From Camelus ferus (taxonomy: Eukaryota): 64,000 nucleotides of DNA. The stretch covers positions 57,104,001 through 57,168,000 of the forward strand of contig NC_045697.1 of assembly GCF_009834535.1 (NCBI RefSeq), read 5' to 3'. The notes under the pieces were generated by a model. The model ran no database searches. It saw only the letters and a list, made by a program, of their open reading frames with translations, and was not told the origin of the DNA. The stretch's first letter is position 1. The number at the start of each line of letters is the position of its first letter. The position numbers were made by a program, and so were the translations under genes. Of the stretch, positions 52,793-64,000 are shown piece by piece.

Positions 52793-52829
52793 TATAGATA
52801 CATAGGAGTGTATGCATATATATGTCTAT

Positions 52830-53000
52830 GTATTCTTTTGATTCTCATAAAAAACTATATGGCATACATCATTTTATCATTTCTAACTTTAGATGAGAAA
52901 ACTTTACTCAACTGACTTATTCTAGTTCACCCAGTTAACAAAAAGTAGAACTGGTCATTGATCCCAGGGAGTCTACTTTTTTTCTCTTAACACTATACTA
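52830..53000 (-). mobile_element. MIR SINE
   Basis: TTTGATTCTCATAAAAAACTATATG..TTTAGATGAGAAAACT..GTTCACCCAGTTAACAAAAAGTAGAACTGG matches the reversed MIR core. Confidence 0.65.
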
Positions 53001-53450
53001 CAGAATTTTTTAGAGAAATGAGCATTAAAAAATAGTCTAGTTATGTGGCTTTGTTTTCCCAAATGACCGTACTCAAGAAATGTACATTAACATGGAAAAA
53101 GTTTTTTAGTTAGTTTTCCAAGTAAACTTTAATTGCCTCTGCCAGACTCAATAAGTTTTATTTTCACTTGGTAAAAATATATAACAGGATATGAATAAGC
53201 AAATTTTTCTTTTAATAAGAGAAAAATATACAAATACTACTACCAGAAGCATTAATAAGTATAATTAAAGGATTAAAAATTAAATTTCAAGCCCACCTGG
53301 TGGTCCATTCCTCATACATTTTAATTGTCCTGTTTTAGATTTTATTTGTTCAATACAGATTAAAAAGTAAAAATAGCTAAATATATAAAACTGAAAATAA
53401 AAGTCTTACATGTCTATGAGTTAAAATTGCTCAACAGGAATTAAAGGTAG

Positions 53451-53891
53451 TGTATTAATATTTCTAAGGTTGCTGTAATAGATCACCATGAACCTGGTGG
53501 CTTAAACACAACAGAAATTTGTTCTCTCAAATTTCTAGTAGCCAGAAGTCTGTGATCAAAGTGTTACTTTTTGAGGCTCTGAGGGAGAATAAACCATTCC
53601 ATGCCTCTCTCCTGGCTTCTGATGGCTGTCAGCAATCCTTGGCATCCCTTGGTTTATGGATGCATTACCCTAACCTCTGCCTCCATCTTCACATGTTTTT
53701 CTCCCTCTAGGTCTTGTAAGGATACTTCACTTTTCCTTGTATTTAGGGTCCATCTTAATTCATGATGATCTCATCTTGAGATCTTTAACTTGACTACAGT
53801 TGCAGATACTTTTTTTTTTTTCTCAAATAAGGACACACTCATAGCTTCCAGGGAACACATCTTCGGGGGGGCCACTATTCAACCTACCACA
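53451..53891 (-). mobile_element. MaLR solo LTR (MLT1C-like)
   Basis: TGTATT..CTGGTGGCTTAAACACAACAGAAATT..CCAGAAGTCTGTGATCAA..ACTATTCAACCTACCACA, with a 5-bp TSD GGTAG (53446-53450) / AGTAG (53892-53896). Confidence 0.88.
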
Positions 53892-54482
53892 AGTAGAAAA
53901 TTAAGCAGTAAAATTTTTGAATCCCCTTACCCTAAAGGTCACCAGTGATTTTCCCTGAAGGTAACTGCTTTTCATGTCCAATGTGTACTCTTTGCAGAAA
54001 CATTTTGTATATACTCATTTATACATACAAAATCGATCCATTTTTTATTTATCCCAAAGTCTTCAAAGATTACATACTGATCTTCTTGTGAGTTTTAGTT
54101 AAATTCTTACACATTAGCCTTTGCCTACACATTGCATATAAATCTTTTGCAAAATGTCATGGTATTAAAATCAATCAAATACCTATAATTCATTAAACCT
54201 TCATTACATTTATTAAAGCTTCTGTAATCACTTCATTTTATGTGTGGTACTTTTAAAGTTATTTATTTCTATTCCCATTTTGTTATAACTATATTGGAAC
54301 ATGTAACATTTTCCCCAAAATATTGTCCTCTTATCTTCAAAGAATAGAGAATATAATTTTCTGTTACTAGTGACTTGGGATCCGATTTAATGGATGGGTA
54401 AATATGCTTTCTGATACTGTGGAAGGCTAATGCAGTATTATTGGAAGAAAAACAAAAGGATAGTTGTGCATACAGAGGCCTC

Positions 54483-54505
54483 TGTGTGTGTGTGTGTGTG
54501 TGTGT
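54483..54505. repeat. (TG)n microsatellite
   Basis: Direct reading of the TG run. Confidence 0.95.
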
Positions 54506-57500
54506 TGAGGATTAAAAGGAAAGTCAAAGAGTTATGTGGTAAGTTACACCTAGTTCATGAGACTGATCAGACAGTGAGTCTTCAGCCTAAAAGCTGTCTA
54601 GCACAGCCTAGTGGCTAGGAGAGCCACAAAGACTCTTGAACTCTATGAGAGTAATTTTGCTGCCCTATTAGCATAAATTGCCTATTGCTGAGAGTCACTT
54701 ATATGCCCAAATAGGAACCCTGGAAACCAGCATGTTTGAATGAAGAGATTATGGTGTTGGTGCTTCAAGCAATCTAGAATATTCATTCCAAGCTGAGCAT
54801 TCACTAGGTATACATCTATTTCAGATAGGTAAATGTTAGTGATTAAATTCCCAAGTGGCTCAAAAGTAGTTGGAAAGCTAATATGTTTAATGGAGAAATG
54901 TCTTAAGTGGCTGAATTGAGCACAAATATATATATATATATTTTACATGAATATTTTAGCATTAAGGAATAATATTGTAATTTATTTGAAAAAGTGATCT
55001 GGAGATTTGAGTTAGATCTGCTGTCCATAGATTGTCAAATAAGCTAGTGCAAAGTTGAAATTCCTTAATAGTGACTCAATCCATTTTCATGCTTACTGTG
55101 TCTTAGAACACTGTTAAACTTTGGTAAGTCATCCTGCCTATATGCTGTTTTTAATCTAGCAGGAGAGTTATTCAAACATAGTATATTTTCATATAGTAAA
55201 CAAGTGAGGTGGATCAGGAAGTCTAAATGGAAAAAAAGAGAATAATTAAGATAACCTTGTTAGTAGAAATCACACACCTTCCATATTGCCATTTTTAAAT
55301 GGGAATTTAAAGAATTTGTGGATTCTGCAGTAGAAAAGTCATGGAATTAAAAAAAAAAAAGGTTTTCAAAGGACCTAGTATAAGAGGAAACAGTAGACAC
55401 GGAACCAATAAGAAAATAGCCAACTGAAATCCAAACAATTAGCAGAATATTCAGTTGGTAAAAAACTCTAAGTTTTAGTTATAGACAATGTTCCAAACAT
55501 GAGGTGCTTCCCTAATTTACTGATTAAGTTCTTCCAGTGGCAAAAAACATATTTGTTCTCATATTGTTAACAAATATATAATGCTAGAAGATTTTAAATA
55601 TAACTTATGATTACTTTGGTTTTGCTCTCTTTTGTTAAAATGTAAAGAACATTAAAATAGACCCTTGAGATTTAAAAATTCTTAAGCTAATTTGCAGTCA
55701 AAAAAATCTAAATGCTATTTGTTTTTCTAGCAATTGGTCTTTTAGGGAAACAGAATCTTATATTTAAAAGAATTAGTGCATTTGAGTTTTTCACTTTATG
55801 AAAGTGAAAATATGTTCATGAATAAATAACAGTTTGCATACACTAAATATTTAAAGCAATCATATGATGGCAGTGGAAAAGAAACCTGTGGCACTAGAGG
55901 TGCATTTTCATTTAGTTAAAATGATTTTTCTCTTCAAGTCTGCAAAAATGTAACATCTCATTCTAAAAAGATGGAGGACAAATAAAATGACCTTAGTGTG
56001 GCATAAATTCCTCTTTATCTATTTGTTTCCAGACAGAATATTAAAAAATGTATAACACCAGTCAGTATGGTTGCTGTAAATCAAAGATTTTTTTCCAAAG
56101 GTAACAATTCTTCGCGTTTGTAAATGCTCTATTTTTGCTATTGTTTTTGATAAAGCATTGTTTTCTTGTTAGCTTTACTGTATAAATTCTCATTAGCACA
56201 GAAAATATTTGATGAATATGTCACACAGCATGACCTGAATGGTTAAAACATCTCCCCCAGGCAGCAGAGCAGCAGGAGGTAATTAGAGCTCCCCATGATA
56301 TTTATTTCTAATAATATTCCATTGACATTTGAAGTTGATAGGCAGTATTTAAAGTTTTCTACTGTTGGCTTAGGCATGCAGCTTTACAAACTATGTATCT
56401 AACAAAATGGTTCATCTGAGATTTCTGAAGGTATTTTTTTTTCAGACTTCAGTAAGCTATGAAGTCATCAAACCCCAGTTCCCATCTAATATGGTTGTGA
56501 AGAATCAGATGTCTTGCAAATTCTATCTTGCAGTCTGAGTAAATATATAATAAAATTAAAAGATGTAATACAAATCAAATATAATCTCATTGCCACGTTG
56601 CATGAACATATTTATACAGAACCTTCCAGGATTAAATGGTTCTAAAAACAAGTGGTTACTAAAATTAAATCAGTACATACAAAAGCATAGAGAAGACATT
56701 AATCAAGAAGATATTTTTAAAAATTTAGAAAAGGAAGAAATCTAAATGTAGACTCTGGTCTATCTCGTGTGTGAAGAGAATAATGAAATTAATATAAATG
56801 ACTGAAGGAAGGGAAGAAGTATATTATTCTGTCATTTTCTTCTGCCATATTTCAGATGGAAATATTAAAAATGTATTTTCCTAGTATCTCCACCATATGT
56901 ATTTCTCTTTGCAAATATAAGTCAAGATAGGATCTTTGTTAAACAAGGAACTAATACATTTCATAATGATAGAACTAATTTATGTTTTTCCTCAAATATT
57001 ATTTAAAAAAATAAAGGCTTAATTTTAAAATAAATTTTAATGGGAAAAATATTTTCCATGTGAGAATTTTCAGAGTGGATACATTATTCTTCTTGAGCAA
57101 AAGCATGATTCTCTACATGATTGACTCAAACTTACTGGCTTCTTCTTATTTTCAGATAATTTTTAAAGACAAATTTATAATTTTACTAAAAGTACTTTGT
57201 CACAACTTCAGCCTATATTCTTCCAACAAGATTTTTTTTTTTTGCAAAGCATGTGAGGCTAGGATGTAGAGGCTTAGACATCCTTCCTTTCAGTGAGTTT
57301 CAACATATACTTACATGAAAAAGCTAGCAAGACTTCGTATTTCTGAAATTTTCCTCCTTTTTAAAGAAAATGAAACCACTAGATTTAATGAACGTAAGTG
57401 GATTGGGAATAGATAAATTGCATTAAACTCAGAATTTATTTATTAACTACCATTGTTTGAAAATGGTTTCTGAATAGTATTTAAACAAAATGAGATAGAA

Positions 57501-58454
57501 TAAAAGAAGAAAGGGTGAAGACAGACTTTGATACACATAAGGAATTTAAGAAGGACTTCTAATATGTATTACAGATTTTTTCATACCAACTTAATCCATA
57601 TTTCAGCTGTGAATATTTACATTATGCTGATAGGCAGATAGAATGGAAGAAAATAAGATTAAGATCAGCTAATTACTTTATAATTTCTGTTTCCCATTCC
57701 CGAAAGAAAACATTTGTCTTGTCCAAGTTAGGAAAAAATACACATATTGTGTATAATCTTTGTTGTCATCTGCAAAAAAATTGATACATTTACGTTATAC
57801 CTGTAAACATAAAATTTTAAGTTATATTAAGTATCATTTTTATAATTTCTTTGAGTAATGTCATGCTAAAATGAATCATCTCTAATGCATATCAATTTCT
57901 GAACTATACCTTACATATGTTAAAAGCAAGGTAATTAATTCAGAGCAATATATTATTTCAAATTACCATGCTAAAGAGATGAAGCAGTCTTCAAAAGAAA
58001 TGTATGTCTGGAAAAGCAATGACTGTACTAAACATTTAAATTGTGTTAACTCTTCCAGAATTTATTCATAAGTTTTTGATGTAAGTTTAGGGCTGTTTCA
58101 GTGTTCATTTTGTTTTATGTATTGTTCACAAGTAACAGTTTGTGTCTCACTTTCTCAGAAGACCACTGCATCTCTGATTGATTCCCCTTGTACCTCTATG
58201 AAATGGCTGTTCCCTGGTTGTCTGGTTAAAGCTAAGAACAACACTTTGCATACTGGAGGTCACAAATATTCATTATTCTGAATCTGTCTTGTTCACCTGA
58301 ATAGAAAAGTAAAATGACTTAGAAGTCATAGCCAACAGAGATGCGCATTTTTTCCTTAACATAAACTTGCTACAAAATCTTAGGATAAAATAATAAGACA
58401 CAGAGAGAAAATTGTATGTGGGTGTGTTAAAAAGTCCCAAAAGACATTATAATA

Positions 58455-60480
58455 GAATTTAATTTTAGAGAGCTTTTTAAGTTTGCATAAAAATTATACA
58501 GAAATATAGAGATATCCCATATATTCCCTGTCATTCTGTAAGAGTTGCCCCTGTTAACATCTTGCATTAACATGATACCTTTGTTATAATTGATAAACCA
58601 ATATTGATACATTATTATTAATTTAAGTGCATAGTTTACGTTAGAGTTTGCTCTTTGTGTTGTATGGTTCTAAGGATTTGGGCAAATGCATAAAGTCATA
58701 TATTAACCATTAAAATATACGGAAAAGTTTCACAGACCTAGATTGCTATGTGTTCCTTCTATTATTCATTGTCTCACAATCCTGAATTCCTGACAATCAC
58801 TGAATTTTGTAATGTTTTCATAGTTTTTCCTTCTCCAGAATGTTTTATATTTAGAATCATACAGTATGTAGCCTTTTCAGATTAGTTTCTCTCACTTAGC
58901 AATATACACGTAAGCTTTCTCCATGTTTCTTTTGTGTTTTGTTAATTCATTACTTTTTTATTGCAGAGTAATATTCTATTGTATGGATGTATTGTATTTT
59001 ACTTATTTATATTCCTATTGAAGAGTGTCTTGAGTGATTCCAAGTTCTGTCTTAAGAGTAAAGCTTCTATGAACATTCATATGCAGGTTTATGTGCAAAT
59101 GTAACTTTTCATCTCGTTTGGGTCAATACCTAGATGCGTTGATTGCTCAATCATATTGCTTTCCTATAAGTAGCATTATTCAAACATGTCAAACTGTCTT
59201 CTTAGTGGCTGTACCATTTTGCATTCCAGCCAGCAGTGAATGAGTGTTCTTGTTGATCCACGTCTTAATCAGCATTTGGTGTTGTCAGGATTTGAGGTTT
59301 TAGCCATTCTAATAGGTGTGTATGATATCTCATTGCTGTTTTAATTTGCAATTTCCTAATGACATGATATTGGATATCTTTTCATAAGGTTATTTGATAT
59401 TTGTATATCTTCTTTGGTGAGGCAGTTATTCAAATTTTTATCCATTTTAAAATTAGATTGTTGTGTTTTAAGAGCTCTTTGTATGTTTTGATACCAGTTC
59501 TTTATATAACATGTGTTTTGTGAATATTTTCTCCCAGTCTGTGGCTTGTCTTTTTTTCTCTTAACTGTTTTTTGCAGAATAGAAGTTCCTAATTTTAATT
59601 AAATACAACTGATCTTTCTTTAATGGATTATGCTTTTGGTGTTATATCTAAAGATGACCAAACCAAAGGTCACCTAGATTTTCTCCTTTATTATCTTCTA
59701 TAAGTTTTATAGTTTTGTGTTTTAAATTTAGGTAAATGATACACTTTGAATTACTTTTTGTGAAAAGTGTAAGGTCTATATTCTTTTTTTTAAATTTTAC
59801 ATGTGAATTTCCAGTTGTTCAGCATATTTGTTGAAAATACTGCCCCTTCTCCACTGAACTGCCTTTGCTCCTTTGTCAAAGATCAGTTGACTATATTTGT
59901 ATATCTATGTCTGGGCTTTCATTAGATTCCATTGATCTATTTGACTATTTTTTTTTTCAGTATCACATTGTCTTGATCACTGTAAATCTTCAAGTCAGTC
60001 AGGGTCAGTTCTCCAAATTTGTTTTTCTTCAGTACTGTGTTGATATTCTGGGTCTTCTGCTTTTGTGTATAAATTTTAGAATGAGTTTGTTGATATCAAA
60101 AAAACTTGATGGAATTTGGGGATTATGGTGAATCTATAGATCAGGGTAGGAAGAACTGACACCTTAACAATATTGATTCCTCTTATCCAGGAACATGGAA
60201 TATCTTACCACTTATTTAGATCTTAGATTTCTTGCATCACTGTTTTTTATTTTTTGAAAGATTTCTTCATGTAGACTCTGTACATATTTTGTTAGATTTA
60301 TACTTAAGCACTTCATTTTTTTGTGCTAATGTAAATGGTTTTGTGTTTTTAATTTAAAAATCCAGTTGTTCATAGATGATATGTTGAAACCCAATTAACA
60401 TTTTTATATCAGTTTATACATTTTATCTTGTAAACTTGCTATAATCCTGTTCCAGGAGTTTTCTTGTTGTTGCTGCTAAT
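58455..60480 (-). mobile_element. LINE-1 3' region (L1MB/L1MC-like 3' UTR and ORF2 end)
   Basis: T-rich antisense L1 motifs: AACCAATATTGATACATTATTATTAA, GTGGCTGTACCATTTTGCATTCCAGCCAGCAGTGAATGAG, TTTAGCCATTCTAATAGGTGTG and CCAGTTGTTCAGCATATTTGTTGAAAA. Confidence 0.9.
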
Positions 60481-62199
60481 CCTTTGGGTAGAAATATATT
60501 TTTCACCAAAGCTTTTATATTCTGTGAATGCATTATTTCTATTTCTACTATTCTTTACTTTACGGGATATTTTTGACAAAATAAAATAAATGAAGTACAA
60601 AACTAACAATTAACTTTTCCCATTGTCTATTTTCTTAAACTTTCTGGTATTTTACCACAGCTTGTAATATAGTGGCACATTAATCATCTCTTCTCTGATT
60701 AAGCATTAAAAAACACACAATTTTACAAACACATTGAATTTATTACCAGGAGTCCCTCAGAGCTAACCTACTTTTCACTTTAGACTACTTTTATCCATTT
60801 CTCCTTTCACTTGCTCACCAATACCTGTTTGCACAATTACTCCTTTCTAGATCTAATTGAGCTTCCAATACTGACTTCATGATTTGGCTACCTGTTTGTC
60901 TATCTTACCTAGTTAATCTACTTCTCACTTTATATTATAGTCATTACTATGAACAAGAACCAAGTCTCAGCTTTGTATGTAAGTAAGAAGTCATACATGT
61001 TTAATTGGTTTGTGAATCTCAGAAAAGATGCATATTTTTTGTCAGGGAGAAATATTAGTTTTGAACCAAATGTACATTCACTAATTTACATAAGATTCCT
61101 AAAACTAAGTTTGTAAAAAATGAGTAAAACCAGTTTTCAAAGTCAGAAAGACTCTATGTGTGTCAGTGTCTGAATTCTCATTCTCTGATCATTCTTCTCT
61201 GCTCTACTATGTACTGTATGCTTTGGTGAGCTGCACTTTGCAGACAATAGCCACAGAAGAGTAATTCCTAATCATCTGGAGAATCCTAAAGTGACAGATT
61301 TAAAGAATTGGTTTTAGCAGTGTCATCAGTCATAGATGTCATGTAGTGATGGTATTGAAGCAAAACTGTTCTCACTGCTTAGGACACTTGAATATTTGTA
61401 CTGTGATAACTGAAACTGCTAAAAACTAATGAGAAAAGTAACAATGGAAGCAATAAAATTTCCACATAAAATCTACACATGATTAAAATGAACTGAACAT
61501 GTTTCAAAATCAACAACCACCCTAAGAAGTGCACAAACCACACTTACATCTATGTATGTGTGAGTGTATTTATAGAAGGTGTACACATCTACTCAACATA
61601 AAATTAAATTACATAAGAAACTGATTTCCGGATTGTTTATAACCTAAAATCGTGTACATTATTCTTTAACTGAAAAAAAAGTGACATCTTAGTTTTACCA
61701 TGTCCAGCTTTCATTTAAATGAGCATTTCAAAACATTTAAAAATATCATTGGCATAGAAAATTCCATTTGCACAGCTAAATTACCATTTGCTTCGTTTTT
61801 TCCAATGTCTTCCAATTATCTTATACGTTTAATATTATAAAATAAAGAGAACAATAGATCTTTAATGCAAATATACAAAATTTCTCACAAATGTTCTTCC
61901 CCTTTAATGCCTGGAAGAAAGTGAAGAATTTCAAAGAAAACTTAGAAGAATACTGCTAAAAGATAATCTGGCTACTTGAATTCCTTGGAAGTATACTGAA
62001 TTATTTTAATTACTCTTATGTCCTTATTTATATGAACTCCTGAATACCTATTGAATCAGGAAAATGTGTTATTGACCTCATAATAAATTAGTTAAATTAA
62101 AACATGAGTTTTATCATCAAGGGTAAAAAAGGATGCTTTAGAAATTATGTCACTTCTCTGAGTTGTAAATAGTGTGTCTAATACTTACAGTAAATAATC

Positions 62200-62385
62200 T
62201 TTATAGTATCAATTATAGACACATTCTCTAATTTTGCACAATACTCCTTAAGGTAGTTTGTAAAATTTATCTTTCTATTTTGATAGAGAAACATGAATCT
62301 CAAGGGTAAACTCAGCTTGCCCAATTCTCAAAGTTAGTGACAGATGAGGGAATCAAATTCACATCATTTTACTTTAAGTACAAGG
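62200..62385 (-). mobile_element. MIR SINE fragment
   Basis: TTTGCACAATACTCCTTAAGGTAG..TATTTTGATAGAGAAACATGAATCTCAAGGGTAAACTCAGCTTGCCCAA resembles the MIR core. Confidence 0.5.
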
Positions 62386-63219
62386 TGATTTTAACAATAT
62401 AATTACAGATTTTAACAATATAATTACAGAAAAATAAAGAACATTGTGGTTGAATAGGTCTTAAAGAGCATACTATTGTCTTTATGTTTAAGTTAATCAT
62501 CTTTCAACTCAATATTCATAAGTGAAATATGACATCATTAGGTAATCTGAGTTCTGTTACTTTTTTTTTTTTTTAATTTTTGAATCAATCATGACCTTTT
62601 AACTGCATCACCAGCCATTTATAAAGTTTAAAAAGTTTCTGTGAAGGATATTAAATTCTTTAGTTTCAATTTCTATTTTACATTGCTGAATAACTGAAGG
62701 GTTAAATGCTAGTAGGTCCATGCATTGCCTAAAACTTTAATTCTTTTGAAAATGATTGATTATACAGTTTATTATAAAATTTTGATTAAAAATAAATTGC
62801 TGGCATTGCAATAAGTAAATTAAAATGTGTACACATACATCTTAGGATCTTGCTGTTCTCATAAACAATATTTCATATTCTTCAAATCCAAATTTATAAC
62901 CTCCATTTCTATAATTCTTTGTCTTCATATATCTCAAAATTTTGTCTCCATATTTTTAGGTATAATTTATATTTTTATTTTCTGTTTTACTAAATTTCTG
63001 TTACATACTCATATGCTTTCTTCAACAACCTTAATTTTTAATATTAGAATTACGTTTTGCATGTACATGAATGTTTTTGATATCACACTGCTCCATTTTT
63101 CAGTCTACTTGCTGTAGTTTCGTTAATTTTCAATGTGTTTTTCATTCTTTTGGTGTTTGCATTTTTTTTCAAAATGCTCTCATGCTTCTCCAGGGAAACC
63201 TGATCTTTTTTTTTTCCTT

Positions 63220-63345
63220 TTAAGTAGTGTCCTTAAGTATAGATTGTGGTATTTTTTCATATTTTCAGATGAGAAAATTGAGGCATTGGGAAGTAAAGGA
63301 ACTTTCCTACTACCATATGCCTAATAAGAGGTAGAGTGTGGGCTC
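63220..63345 (-). mobile_element. MIR SINE fragment
   Basis: CATATTTTCAGATGAGAAAATTGAGGCATTGGGAAGTAAAGGAACTTTCC matches the MIR core. Confidence 0.65.
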
Positions 63346-63357
63346 TGTTACTTTCCC

Positions 63358-64000
63358 TGAATGAGGTTGAATGGTAGCTCCCCAAAATATATGTTCACAT
63401 TCCAGAGCCTGTAAATGTGATATTACTGGGAGGAAAAAAGTATTTGTAGATTGCATTAAGTTAAAGATCTTGAGATAGATCATCCTGGATTGTTCCAGTG
63501 AGCCCTAAACTGTCCTTATAAGAGAAACAGAATAGAGATATACATGAAGAAGAGAAGAAGGCCATATGGAGGTGGAAGAAGAAATTGGAGTTATAAAGGC
63601 ACACAAGGAACACCTGGAGCCACCAGAAACTAGAAGAAGCAAGGAAGGATTCTCTCTTAGAGCCTCTGGAAGGAGCACAAACCTGATGATACAATAATTA
63701 CAAACTTCTGGCATCCAGAACTGTGAAGGAATTAATTTCTATTATTTTAAGCTACCAAATCTGTAGTAATTTGTTAAGGAAGCCTTAGGAAACTAAAACA
63801 GTTTTTGGTGACTAGAAATGGGGTGCTACTGTGACAGGTAACTAAAAATATGGAAGTGGCTTAGAAATTAGATGAGTAGAGGCTGCAATAATTTTGAGAC
63901 TCATGAGAGCAAAAGCGTAGAGTGTCTTGAACAGAATGTGGTAGAAATATGAATGTTAAAGACACTTCTAGAAAGGACTCTGAAAGAAACAAGGAACATG
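63358..64000 (+). mobile_element. MaLR 5' LTR (MLT1B/C-like, ~63358-63800) plus start of MLT1 internal region running off the window
   Basis: The LTR ends GTAATTTGTTAAGGAAGCCTTAGGAAACTAAAACA, followed by GTTTTTGGTGACTAGAAATGGGGTGCTACTGTGACAGGTAACTAAAAATATGGAAGTGGCTT, a typical MaLR internal 5' start. Confidence 0.88.

Noticed and set aside
56033..56100. Possible 68-nt plus-strand exon
   Set aside because: The donor is weak (GTAACA) and the single open frame matches no protein I recognise.
1..64000. CRISPR array, operon or other prokaryotic system
   Set aside because: The sequence is mammalian repeat-rich DNA. The short direct repeats occur only as isolated pairs, with no repeat-spacer array or dense coding.

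Overview
AT-rich, CpG-poor mammalian genomic DNA with no recognisable host protein-coding exon, so most likely intergenic or deep intronic. Two tRNA-derived SINEs match my recollection of the camelid vic-1 family, suggesting alpaca, llama or camel. The window is dominated by transposable-element relics: L1 (including a nested stack at 23.5-29.4 kb), L2, MIR, MaLR (MLT1) LTRs, ERV1 and ERVL LTRs, and hAT and Tigger DNA transposons. The most informative feature is a decayed, 5'-truncated endogenous retrovirus (~37.24-42.4 kb, + strand). It pairs a class III (ERV-L/ERV-S type) pro-pol with a gamma-type env resembling human EnvR(b)/ERVPABLB-1. Its 3' LTR abuts a GC-rich, CpG-retaining old L1 5' end carrying CCAAT boxes and a consensus splice donor, which may be an exapted promoter. 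All family names come from memory of consensus sequences, not database searches, and most boundaries are approximate. I found no intact novel gene system.
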